A DNA stretch of 64,000 bases from Utricularia gibba (taxonomy: Eukaryota; Plantae; Magnoliophyta). The translations under genes and the position numbers were made by a program. The notes beneath the pieces were generated by a model. That model ran no database searches, was not told the DNA's origin, and saw only the letters and a list, made by a program, of their open reading frames with translations. Below, in pieces: positions 10,803 through 22,401 of the stretch (its first letter is position 1; every line of letters starts with the position of its first letter). Location: contig NEEC01000004.1 of NCBI GenBank assembly GCA_002189035.1, positions 5,580,001 to 5,644,000 on the forward strand, read 5' to 3'.

Positions 10803-11999
10803 GTCTTGTCGATCAACCACCAGCCTCTTGTCTGAAATACTTAGATAACCTGCAGTTGCGGAGGATGATGAAGAACAGCATCTGAATGGCAGAAATCTGA
10901 AAGAAGTATGCATGGAAGTGGGATTGTTTCGAGTGACCATGATTTCTATTGCTTCTCTTGTCACATTGAAGATGAAGGAAGGGAATCAAAAGGGTGATGC
11001 AATTCCAGGACTTGGGTAGGGATACACAGTTTTAGCAAGTGCTGTGTTATCATCAAGCTTCTGCTTTTATGTGTGCGTGCTTTTCTATATAAAAGGCAAT
11101 GGAATAATTGTTAGCTTTGCTTTTGGAACATGGGCAAACAATTAAAGCATACCTTCTGAGAACAGTGCGAGTCACTGCTGTAAGTGACCACAAATCTCGC
11201 CTCCGCCGGATCGTTGCACAGGTTAGGGTGGTACTGATGGATGCAGAGCTGACATTTCCCAGTCTCTTTTATTGTGAAAACAAAACTTGTTACACAAGAC
11301 GAGGAAGTTGGTGCAGAGGTCGATTTAACAATACCATTGCCTTCGTTTTCAATTCTTACCAGTTATTGTGTTGCAAGACCTGGTCTGCATCAGGTAGGGG
11401 TCCAATTGAACAACTCAAAAGCAAGTCCTTTAACTTTTACTTCACAGTACGCTGTGGGGAATAGGGGAGATGGGTCCAATGTTCCACATATCGGGCCATC
11501 TGTTCATACGAATCAACAAAACAACAAGTGCTTGGCACCGCACTTGTCCAATTGCCCCCTTATCCCCCAAAGATGCCTCTTCTTGAATCCTCACCTCACC
11601 ACCATATTTTACAAGATACAACGTTTTTAAAATTCCGACGAGAGGACTATGCCATGAAATCCCAACAAGCTCACCTCCAATCCATGAGTGACAAGAGCCT
11701 TCTTTTTTGGCAGCAACAGCCAAAGTATTCACCCAACTACGAGTTGCGTTCATATGGCTGGATCACAACAGATTAAATGCCTAGAGCATAGTGGTGGGAT
11801 TTGAGTAAACTGCGCAATAAGTAAAGACACAACCTTGAGAATGGGTCATTGCAACATTTTGGTATCTCTGCCATGAACCAAAAGCCCAGATAACTCAGAC
11901 GTAAAAGAGACAACCATAATCCAATTTCACCAAAAAGAAACCACCCACATCTGGTTTTGACCGAACAGAGAACTCAGAAGTAAAACGAAATCAAATTCT

Positions 12000-12929
12000 T
12001 CATGCTTCCACTACCGGAAAGTCAAAGACAACATCTTTGCCTGAAAGCTTCCTATAAACGCCCGCGAATGTTTCCAACTTGTTCTCTGTGTCGTTCTTGG
12101 CCTTGGGGTCCAGGAAGATCTGATGAAAAATGTCGCGGAGCATATATGAGTATGGAGTAATGACAAGCTTCAGTAAAAAATGACGATGAAGGACAGTTAC
12201 CTTGATGATCTTTGAACCATCCAGTCTATATCTGACACGTTTTCCAACAATCTCAGCAGGATAAACAACATCCTCCAGAATAGCCTCATGCACAGCAGTA
12301 AGGGTGCGGGATCTAGGCCTTTGGACAGCCGAACCTTTTTTTGGTGGACGAACTATCCTTCTGGTGGCGACCAGCACAACTTCCTACAAGAGCCAAAAGT
12401 CAGCACAAACACTTTAACAAGGACAATGCATAACTAACACCACCGTATGATTTGATTTTCAAGAGGAAGGTTATTACCTTTCCACTGAATTTCTTCTCAA
12501 GCTCCCTAACCAGCCTGGGGTGAATCTTACGGAATGATTTCCTCAATCTATACGGTACATGGATAACAACAGCTTTTTTACTTCCTGAAATGTCAATCTG
12601 CCTGAAAATTCACATGTCAAATAATTAGATTGTCCCCAAGGAGCACCAGCATGAAAGCACATCATAGAAGTAAAACCCTTACTGTGCAGAGTTGATAAAG
12701 AGATCCTTCAAGTCGCTTTTGAGTTCCGTGTTGGTGTTTTCCAAGTCAAACAAAGCCTGAAGATACAGAATAAACAGGTAAAAAGATACGAACAAAAAAA
12801 TATAGGGTAAGTTGGGTACGCAAATCGATTCAATAGCATTTTCCCGTAAACCACCTGAGCGACATTTTCTTCAAAGTCAGTAGGCACAGCTTCTTTGTCC
12901 TTGCGAATTTTCTGCAACGCGGTATACAT
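12000..12929 (-). CDS. RPS7: 40S ribosomal protein S7 (eS7), 5 coding exons
   Basis: [15 protein letters not shown]|[24 protein letters not shown]|..[28 protein letters not shown]|..[10 protein letters not shown]..|[15 protein letters not shown]; all junctions in frame. Confidence 0.97.
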
Positions 12930-13445
12930 CTTTGATCTACACGAATGAGGAGGTCAGTGATAAAGCTACTAGAGTATATGCGCATAAAAGGGAAAAAAAG
13001 AAGATTTCAGCAACAGTAACACACAATGAATTCTTTCTTTCCGAAAACTATCTAAAGCGCGAAGAAACGCTCATGTTTCCGGAACACCAATTTATAGAAC
13101 AAAATGGAGAACAGGAGACTGAAATTCTATGGGGGAAAAAGCACTCGTCCAGAACTCTTATGTAAAATAGAACATAATTCAATACAGAAGCGTTCAGAGC
13201 GCACCCAGGTTACCAACTGCTCATATCCTACGAATGACAGACACATACCCATCTACGCAATTACACTGTAACGCTATGGAAGAGAATGCGATCGCTGCTA
13301 AAACCTAGAAAACGCAAGGAATAAATACCGGAAGGCGCTTCTCCACAGATATGTTCAACTTCGTCGCAACTGGAGCGCCGGAGGCAATTAGCTGTGTAAC
13401 CTTACGAAGAGGCCAAGGGGAAGGATTTATAGTAGGAGACTCGAG

Positions 13446-13555
13446 AACCCTAGAAAATTCAAGGGCCCGACTAAAACACTACGGTCCATCTGAAGGAAGG
13501 ATGGCGGTCGAGCCCAATACCGTTATTTGCAATTGTCCACATATCCGCCGGCCCA
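13446..13555. promoter_or_regulatory. RPS7 promoter: telo-box-like AACCCTAG plus site II (GGGCCC/AGCCCA/GGCCCA) motifs
   Basis: AACCCTAG 13446-13453, GGGCCC 13463-13468, AGCCCA 13511-13516, GGCCCA 13550-13555. This pairing is typical of plant ribosomal-protein promoters. Confidence 0.55.
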
Positions 13556-13885
13556 CAAAAAACCCATCTCTCTATCAATCAGTGTTCGAGCTTGATGATT
13601 ACTAACAATGTAATTAGTGTCGTAGAATATCAAAGATGATCAGATCACCTACCCGTCATGCATGTCTCCATCTTGCGTCAAAAAAATTGTGTTTTCTAAT
13701 CTCTTCTAACATGGCATAAAACATACATATAGAGTGACAAATAACGTATTGTGTAAGGTAAATACAACTCATGCAACATGTGAAATCAGCATCTATATAA
13801 AGAAGAAAGTCTCCTCTTGTGTTCCCATTGAAGTTCAGTAATGGCGTCCTGGTCACAGAAAGCTAATGAATAACGTGTTGGCTGC

Positions 13886-15473
13886 TTATACAGTGGACGA
13901 GGAAGTCCAGCTTTCCCCCTTTCCCCTGCCTCGAGTTAGAGCTTTGGTGATGAAATGCACGAGGACACCAATGGGACAGAACAGAAGGCAAAGTGAAATG
14001 GAATGTCTCATCTCCAGATTGTTCTTCAACCCGTCAAAGTAGATCTGCCTGCTTTCACACGCATCACACAACTCTTGTGCACAAGCATTCCAAAGACATT
14101 TTAGCTTACATAGTGTATGCATTTTACCTTGCGGCAAAAAGATCAACCGCTAGCAGGTGAATCCAAGCAGAGCTCAGCGTCATCTCACTTGAGAACATCT
14201 TAGCGATGCCTGGAAGCTGAACGCAAGAGCACTTCTGTCAATCTAATCAGTTGAATCGACAAGGAATTCATCAAATCCAGTGGAAAAAGCATACCTCCGG
14301 AAGCCAGTATTGATTGGCAAACATCAGGCGCATGGTTTCTGGTGTCCAGGATTTATAAAGCAGACATGCATAAATTAATCCGAGAACCAAGTAAGGCATG
14401 CTGTTTGCCATTAATTTCTTAGTCTGCGCAAAACATTTTTCCCAGAAGTTGAGAGATTAAACAGAGAGTCTTCATACACTGCAATCTCATGTTTGATGGA
14501 ATGAACAAGAAATTCGGCAGCATAAAACATGAAAAGACTTGAAGACAAAGCTCAAAAACATGATTCTCTAAGGTAAAAAAATTTGCTTACAAATTCAGAT
14601 TTGGGAGCCACAACCATAGCAGCGTAAAATGGAAGAACAGCGACAGTTCCAAAGGTAAAAGCACTACTAGCGATCTGTGAACCTGCAATCCCTGCATATA
14701 CACTCATCACAAATAGGATAAACTAGCCAGAAAAGTTTTCTCAACAGAACACCCACTGTTAAAAGCCTGCTAAGTTAACAATAATTGGAGAGATTTCAGC
14801 TAATAAAGCATAAACTTATGTCCATAAAAATATGCCCCTTACACATTTTTTTGCATGATGTTCTCAAGTACCTAACGATGATATTAAAGATGGCATAATG
14901 CTTAGTCAAAAACCTCATGAACAACATAGGGTATTACATGAAGCGGATACAACTGATTTCCTTCTGCACAGAGAGCCACTCCGCAGATTTGGTTGACTGG
15001 AAATTCTGAGAACATCTACAAAGCCACCAACGCGGTTCACTTTGATCCCAGTGAATGATAGGCCATAGAGCTCCGATTTATTCATGATTTGCGCAGAAGC
15101 ATGCCTAAGTGTCTGACCAAAGATATTCATGTTGGAAGGGCTGCAGGAGAATGTTGGGCGCAGCTCATTCTACCGAATGGAGGTCAAAGAGCAGATTAGT
15201 CACCAAAATGCTTCCAGAGGTCAACAAGATTATTACAAGAACCAATTTAGGAAACCATAGCAGAACACGACATGGCCCAGAACAAAAGAGTGATGTTCCT
15301 GTACATTTTTACCGGTGCTCAAAACCCAAGACTAATTGCAGGTTAAAAAACTACCAAGCAGCATAATCAGAAAATCACGCGTGATCTACCGGCGCAACAA
15401 GGAAACAATAAGGCCCGCTTACCTGGTAAGCAACACAGTTCCGTGTAGTGAAAAGGTAAGAGGATAAGGCCAT
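13886..15473 (-). CDS. ABA4: ABA DEFICIENT 4 (neoxanthin biosynthesis, DUF4281), 6 exons, with plastid transit peptide
   Basis: Spliced product includes [46 protein letters not shown]|[30 protein letters not shown]|[20 protein letters not shown]. Confidence 0.93.
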
Positions 15474-15737
15474 TCGGCGAATGCGAAAAAAAAGAGAACT
15501 TGCGAATGAAATTGCAGCGTGCCGTGGAGGTTATAGTAGGAATCTTGATTGCATTCCTCCTTCAAAGAGCTTGTTGGAAGACGGAGGTTGTTCAACGAGA
15601 GGAGGGAACTTCAGTGGGAAGGCGCACCACCATTCGGAGGCAAATCTGGTGAAACAATGATGTCGGAAAGGGATGACAGTACTCCAACACATCCCACCGT
15701 TTTCTTTGCGGAGCGAGCATAGAAGCGTAATTGAGAC

Positions 15738-15743
15738 CACGTG
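15738..15743. promoter_or_regulatory. G-box (CACGTG) about 265 nt upstream of the ABA4 start
   Basis: Exact CACGTG; function not demonstrated. Confidence 0.3.
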
Positions 15744-16285
15744 ACCACACATGGAATGGATGACTTCCATGGCCCGCCCACCTCCTCCTCGCCGGCGCAT
15801 AGAAAATAGAGTAGAGCGTGGACGGCCATGATGAGCGTTGAAGAAGGGCCTCAATTGGAGTTAATTTAGGTTTACTGATGGCAATGGGATTTATGTATTT
15901 GATGACTTCGCAACATTTTTGATGACTAATTACCAAAATTCGAAAAAAAAATCGATCTTTGAACACAAAAATTTCGAAATCGAGCTCTCATTGTGAAGTG
16001 GAGCACATGGCGATGGCGAGAATCTGAACCGTACCTTCAACCGGGAAGTTATGATCATAACAAGATGGAAGATGGTCCCAAATTCAAGTAAAAGTGAAGT
16101 GGGGAAGAAGATCAGCGAATAGGTGTCCCTTTGACGGAATATAAATTGTTATACATACATGGCACCGCATCCAACAGAAAAAACGGCGAGAATCAAGCAG
16201 CGAGTCTCAGCCAAAACACGACATGAAGGGAACTTAAGGGAACTCTTATTGAAACAACAGGTAGAGGGTGGTGGTGCCTGGATGC

Positions 16286-17010
16286 TTAGGCAGATGGCTT
16301 GTACGCGATGAAACTGCAGGTCTGCACTTGGCGCAAGTTATCGAATCCAATGACTCGGATATGAGCATCGGGGTGTTCCTTCTTTGCCTCCTCCAGCTCG
16401 CCCAGCACCTGGGACGGGTCTGTGCACCCGAACATGGGCAGCTTCCACATCGTCCAGTACCTCCCGTCGTAGTAGCCAGGAGAGCTGTGGTTCTCACGGT
16501 AGACAAATGCTTCCTGCCCAGGTTACAAAGCAATATATGATGATGATGATGCGCGGTACGGTACAACCAACAACTTTTGCAAGGTGGTAGAGTAAAAAGG
16601 ACTAACCCCGAGTGTGAATTCCAGGCAAGGAATGAGCTTCAATCTGAGAAGGTAATCGATTTGCTTGGCGAGTTGATCTGAGGTTAGTTCTGGGAGGTAA
16701 GACAGAGTCTCGAACTTCTTAGCCCCAACGGTCGGCCACACCTGAAAGTGAAACCCAATCAAATCAACACATGTCTAAAGTTGTACATTTGGGCACATCA
16801 GCAGCGGCAGCAGCAGTAAGTAAAATGTGTGTTCGGCTCGACCTTCATGCATTGCACTCTTCCGCCGTTGCTGGGGAGGGATGCGAATTCAGCCGACTTC
16901 CTGGTGACAGGGAAGGAGGTGGCGACGGATTTGAGGCCGGAGAAGGGAGCCACCATGTTGGCCTGGGCGGCGGGTGTGGCCACGGCCGAGGAGAACATCG
17001 AAGAGGCCAT
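16286..17010 (-). CDS. RBCS: Rubisco small subunit, 3 exons
   Basis: Transit peptide [32 protein letters not shown]|[23 protein letters not shown]..|..[34 protein letters not shown]. Confidence 0.97.
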
Positions 17011-17083
17011 TGGATAAGGGTAGTGTGTGTTCGTCCTCTGCTCTGCTACCACTGCGTTATCTTGGGGTTCGCGATGGAATGCG

Positions 17084-17207
17084 TATATAAATAAAGTTGG
17101 ATCCCGGCCGTCAATTTCTTGGGAATGGATTGCGATCGTATGGCTGGTAGAGGCGAGGAGCGGAGCCTTATCATCAGGGGACAACCAGGCACCAAAAACA
17201 TCTTATC
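17084..17207 (-). promoter_or_regulatory. RBCS promoter: TATA box and two I-boxes (GATAAG)
   Basis: TATA-like at 17084-17095; CTTATC (GATAAG on the minus strand) at 17167-17172 and 17202-17207. Confidence 0.6.
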
Positions 17208-17868
17208 CTATAAAGAAGCCAAAACGGAGGGTCACAAACAAAACCTCCATACCATTTTAGGACCATTCCATGCCATCCAAATGGCTTCATTTTAAGCCAT
17301 TCAAAATGCCCAAACGCATGTTCCAAACTTCTCACATCATCCCCCAAGTCCCGTTCCTCGGAAGCCCACCTCGGGATGATCGATCACATGTTCTCCTCTT
17401 TCTCATGTTCAGTTGGGCCGACTACCCTAATTCCTAATTTTATTTTGCAGCCGTAGCTATAGGTGTCTATTGGTTGGTTTACGCAGCCCAGTTAAATCGG
17501 TTGGTGTGATGCATTAGAGTTGCAAACCTACTACCCATGGCATGGGTCCCCTGCCCTCCTCATGCAGCCAGGGGCATGCCATCGGAGACGCGGGGACTCA
17601 TTTAAGATCCCGGCCTGGGCTGGCCTGGCGGATGGAATTGGAGTTGGAGGCCACCCACCAGCCACCTCAGAGATTAAATTCTTACCTGAATGATGCACAG
17701 TACACACACACACGCAGTAGGTGTCCAATCATTACAGGAATAGTAAGTAAATTGTACCAAAACAAACTCGAACCCGTAGCCGTCGCCGTAGCTGTAGGAA
17801 TAAGATCCCGAATTAAGATAGTCGTCGTGTTGCGTAAAAACAATGTACAGTAATTATGATAATTATTG

Positions 17869-17890
17869 ATCTGAATCTGAATCTGAATCT
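17869..17890. repeat. (ATCTGA)n hexamer repeat
   Basis: About 3.7 direct units. Confidence 0.8.
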
Positions 17891-18061
17891 TAACGCCCGC
17901 CAAAGCACAATGTGCTCCTTCATATTCAACTTCTTCTACACAATTCCCAGGGAAATTCATTTATGAAAGAAGCAACCAATCCACGAAGACATACACACAC
18001 ACCCTTTTTACTTGTTTTCCCTTCACTGTCTTGTGAGATACATACACAGGCGCCCCTAGCC

Positions 18062-19546
18062 CTAGAGCTTCACAACTTCTGGGATGAAGACGGGGTATCT
18101 CTCGATGCAATCGATCCACGGGCTATCTTCGGGGCATCTTTTCACGCTCTTGTTGCATTTCCAGACTGCACTGTTACACTTGAATCCACTCCCGAACGCA
18201 ATTTGCCATACTCTGTCCCCTTTCCTCATCCTCCCCTTCGCTTCGATGTAAGCCATTTCATACCACAGCGAAGATGAGGACGTGTTGCCAAAGCGGTGAA
18301 GAGTCATGCGAGATGCCTCGACGTGTTCCGCGGAAAGCTGCAGACTTTTCTGCAACTCGTCGATCACAGCACGACCACCGGCGTGGATGCAGAAGTGCTC
18401 GAAGGCTTGTTTAAAATCGGGTATGTAGGGCTTCCACCTGGGGTTGAAGATCTTCCTTCCAACAAGCGTTAACAGAAACAGGAGCTGCTCCGATGCCGGG
18501 AGAACCAAGGGCCCGATGGTGGTGATGTTGGATTTCAGGGCTTCTCCGGCGATGACCATCAAATCTTTGGACAGATTTATGCCGACTTTACCCTGAGGAT
18601 CTTCTTGCTCGTAAACGCATCTGTAAGCTTTGTCATCCGAGCCTTTATGGGTTCGGACGACGTGGACGAGCTTGTATTTGGCACGGCGACTGTCGCGCCG
18701 TTTGTTGGAGAGTAGAATTGCAGCGGCGCCCATTCTGAAGAGACAGTTGGGGAGGAGCATCGCCCTCTCCGATCCCCTGTAGTAGTTAGGAGTGATGATC
18801 TCGGTGCTCACGACCAGCGCATTGGAATTAGGATGAACCTGGAGCAAATCCCTGGCCAAGTCAATCGAAATCAAACCTGCGCTGCACCCCATACCTGAAA
18901 GATTGAAGCTTTTGATGTTGCTCCTGAGCTTATACTTATTGACGACCATGGCTGAAAGGGATGGTGTTGGTGAAAAAAGACTGCAATTGACAATCAGAAT
19001 ATCGATATCCCTGGGCTTGATTCCCGTTTTGGTCATCAAGGCGTCAATGGAGGAAAAGATCACCTCCTCCGCCTCGCTCCTTGCGGCTTCCATGGTGGGC
19101 GTGGGAGGAATAAAATGAATAGCAGGGGGCAGACATGTTTCTTCACCAAGACCCGATCTTTCTAGTATCCTCATCTGGAATTCGACGCTTTTGGGATTGT
19201 CCTTGAGAATCAAGCGCGAATGCTCCATGAACGTGGAGAAGGGAACTCGGCAGGTAACGGGGGGCTTATAGCAGGTGTAATCGACTAGGTAAATGGAGCG
19301 TGGCTTGGACATAAAGTAGACCGTGGCGATGATGATGATAAGGAAAACGGAAGATAGAAGCATGAGGAGGTCCATGTGAAGGAAACTCCAAATCTTGTGG
19401 AGTATCTCATCGGGGTTGCGGAGGATCTGTGTCGCAGCGGCGAGTGCGACGGGCACGAGAAGCAATGTGAGGAAGTTGTTGACGGTGCACTGGTACCCCA
19501 GCTTCACATACTTGCGGAGCTTAGCTGCTGCTGGTGGCGACGGCAT
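18062..19546 (-). CDS. KCS6: 3-ketoacyl-CoA synthase KCS6/CER6 (KCS5/6 clade), intronless, 494 aa
   Basis: KYVKLGYQ, LSGMGCSAGLISIDLA (catalytic Cys), FEHFCIHAGGRAVIDE, LHRFGNTSSSSLWYE and C-terminal RYPVFIPEVVKL, as in CER6. Confidence 0.96.
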   Translation of the reverse strand: MPSPPAAAKLRKYVKLGYQCTVNNFLTLLLVPVALAAATQILRNPDEILHKIWSFLHMDLLMLLSSVFLIIIIATVYFMSKPRSIYLVDYTCYKPPVTCRVPFSTFMEHSRLILKDNPKSVEFQMRILERSGLGEETCLPPAIHFIPPTPTMEAARSEAEEVIFSSIDALMTKTGIKPRDIDILIVNCSLFSPTPSLSAMVVNKYKLRSNIKSFNLSGMGCSAGLISIDLARDLLQVHPNSNALVVSTEIITPNYYRGSERAMLLPNCLFRMGAAAILLSNKRRDSRRAKYKLVHVVRTHKGSDDKAYRCVYEQEDPQGKVGINLSKDLMVIAGEALKSNITTIGPLVLPASEQLLFLLTLVGRKIFNPRWKPYIPDFKQAFEHFCIHAGGRAVIDELQKSLQLSAEHVEASRMTLHRFGNTSSSSLWYEMAYIEAKGRMRKGDRVWQIAFGSGFKCNSAVWKCNKSVKRCPEDSPWIDCIERYPVFIPEVVKL

Positions 19547-20384
19547 CTTCTTCCGGCTGTTGCAGCTATGAATGAATGCGTAGGCGGACTGGGGGTTTGG
19601 AAAGTGAGTTGGGGGAAGGGAGACAAATTTAAAGATGGGGAAAACAATCGAGGAGGAGGAGGAGGAGGAGGAAGAAGGCGGAGGTGGGCTGGGCGGCTTC
19701 TGGTGCGCGTAGAGTTGACAGAGGAGCAGCATTGAATGAGGGCAGGTGGCGGGAGTTAATGAACCAACTACATGCCCTCAACGGTCTCTTAGCTGGACTT
19801 GATCACTGGACAAGACGTTTCTTCTTTTTTTCACAAACTACAAGACACACACACAAGGGATAATTATTACATTATGCTAGATATAGAGAAATAACCAGCA
19901 TAACAGTGATGAGCAGTGTGGCCGGCAACAGGAACATGAACCGGTCGGGACCGCTGTTGCCTGTGTGTAGAAGTAGATCCACCTACTGTAACTGCGTTTA
20001 CCACCAAAGATGTTTTTATTCATGGCCCTGAGTTGCCCATCCCCCACGTTGACCTGGTCGTTGGGATAATAATGTTTTCAACAGCACACAGACCAGAAAA
20101 ACCATTCCTTTTCTTTTCCCTCCATGTGTCTGTCATCAAGGGTACGGATATTATATGATATTATATTATATTGCATAGCTTTGCTTCCTTGGGTTTACGT
20201 GATGCGTTGGTTAGCGACGGGAGTTCTTCCCGACGTTGCGAGTGGAGTCAAGTTGAGGCGGCAGGAAGACAAGCCCAAGACGGAAAGGGGAGAGCGACCG
20301 TGGCCCGCGCGTCACTGTTGTGTTTTCATTTGTTCTCTTTGTGAATATCCTTCTCACCCCAGCAAGACATGGCGGGTGTGGTAT

Positions 20385-20408
20385 TGGACCTGGACCTGGA
20401 CCTGGACC
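20385..20408. repeat. (TGGACC)4 hexamer repeat
   Basis: Four direct units are visible. Confidence 0.85.
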
Positions 20409-20559
20409 TGAATGTTTTCTGTGTCCGACCCACTAGTGTTTGGATTTCGAACCCCCCCTGTTTTCTAATAATTCGGGCCTCTGACACATTGCCTGGGCAC
20501 TTGTGATTTTGGACTTGGGAGAGCTTTTATTGAGTGAACTGAACAGTGGATACGTAAAT

Positions 20560-21668
<1,109 letters not shown>

Positions 21669-22401
21669 GATGGCTTGGGGACGCACCTGGAAGGAGATAC
21701 AACAGAGTTTTTCGTGCTGTATATACCCACCCGTTGATGATGTTAGAATCAGAATAGGGAGGAGTACTCAGAGCAAACAACGATGTTTACCGGAAACCAA
21801 AACCAAAATCGATCATGAATAAAATAATAGGCTCGTGCTCCATGCATCTTGTTGCACTGCGGTGCATAGTTTTCCTTTTTTTTCTTTTTTTTTTTTTTTA
21901 GTGGTTGGACATCTTATCTCGTCACCCAAATCATAAGAGACGATAAGCGAATCCAATCAATTATAGAGGAATTGACGCACGCGGGTTTCCGTTTTGTGCG
22001 ACCCAACCGGCGGCGGGACTGGCCCGTTTGGTGGATCCGCTACCAGGAGTCCTAGTTATGGGTCTGGCCTTGGCGGGCCAATCCGACCGCGACCCAATCT
22101 GGACTCGGCCTTCTTGTCCACGAGCCGCAGCCTATATGGTAGATCGGATCGAGTAAAAGAAACCATCTGGGCGATTTAGCGAAAGAAAAAAAGAGGAAAT
22201 AAAGGAATTCTCCGACTCCGTCTACCGGGAAGCAGAGAAAGACCTTGATTTTGTTTTCACGCGCCAAACAGTTATCGACTCGTCTGCTCTGCGCAATCGA
22301 ACTTCGTGCTCTGCTTTCGTGTTTATATTATCGTTTGTGATTTCAATTCCATTTCGTGGTTTTCCTTATTTTCTTTGTCGGGGAAAAATTGGTTTCTGTC
22401 G

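Noticed and set aside
11108-11776. Several 80-118 aa ORFs between the DUF1645 gene and RPS7
   Set aside because: No domain similarity or exon structure; consistent with random ORFs in promoter and 3' UTR sequence.
15531-15966. ORFs between ABA4 and RBCS, first suspected to be an RBCS pseudogene
   Set aside because: No RBCS motif in the frames I translated; likely ABA4 promoter and RBCS 3' region.
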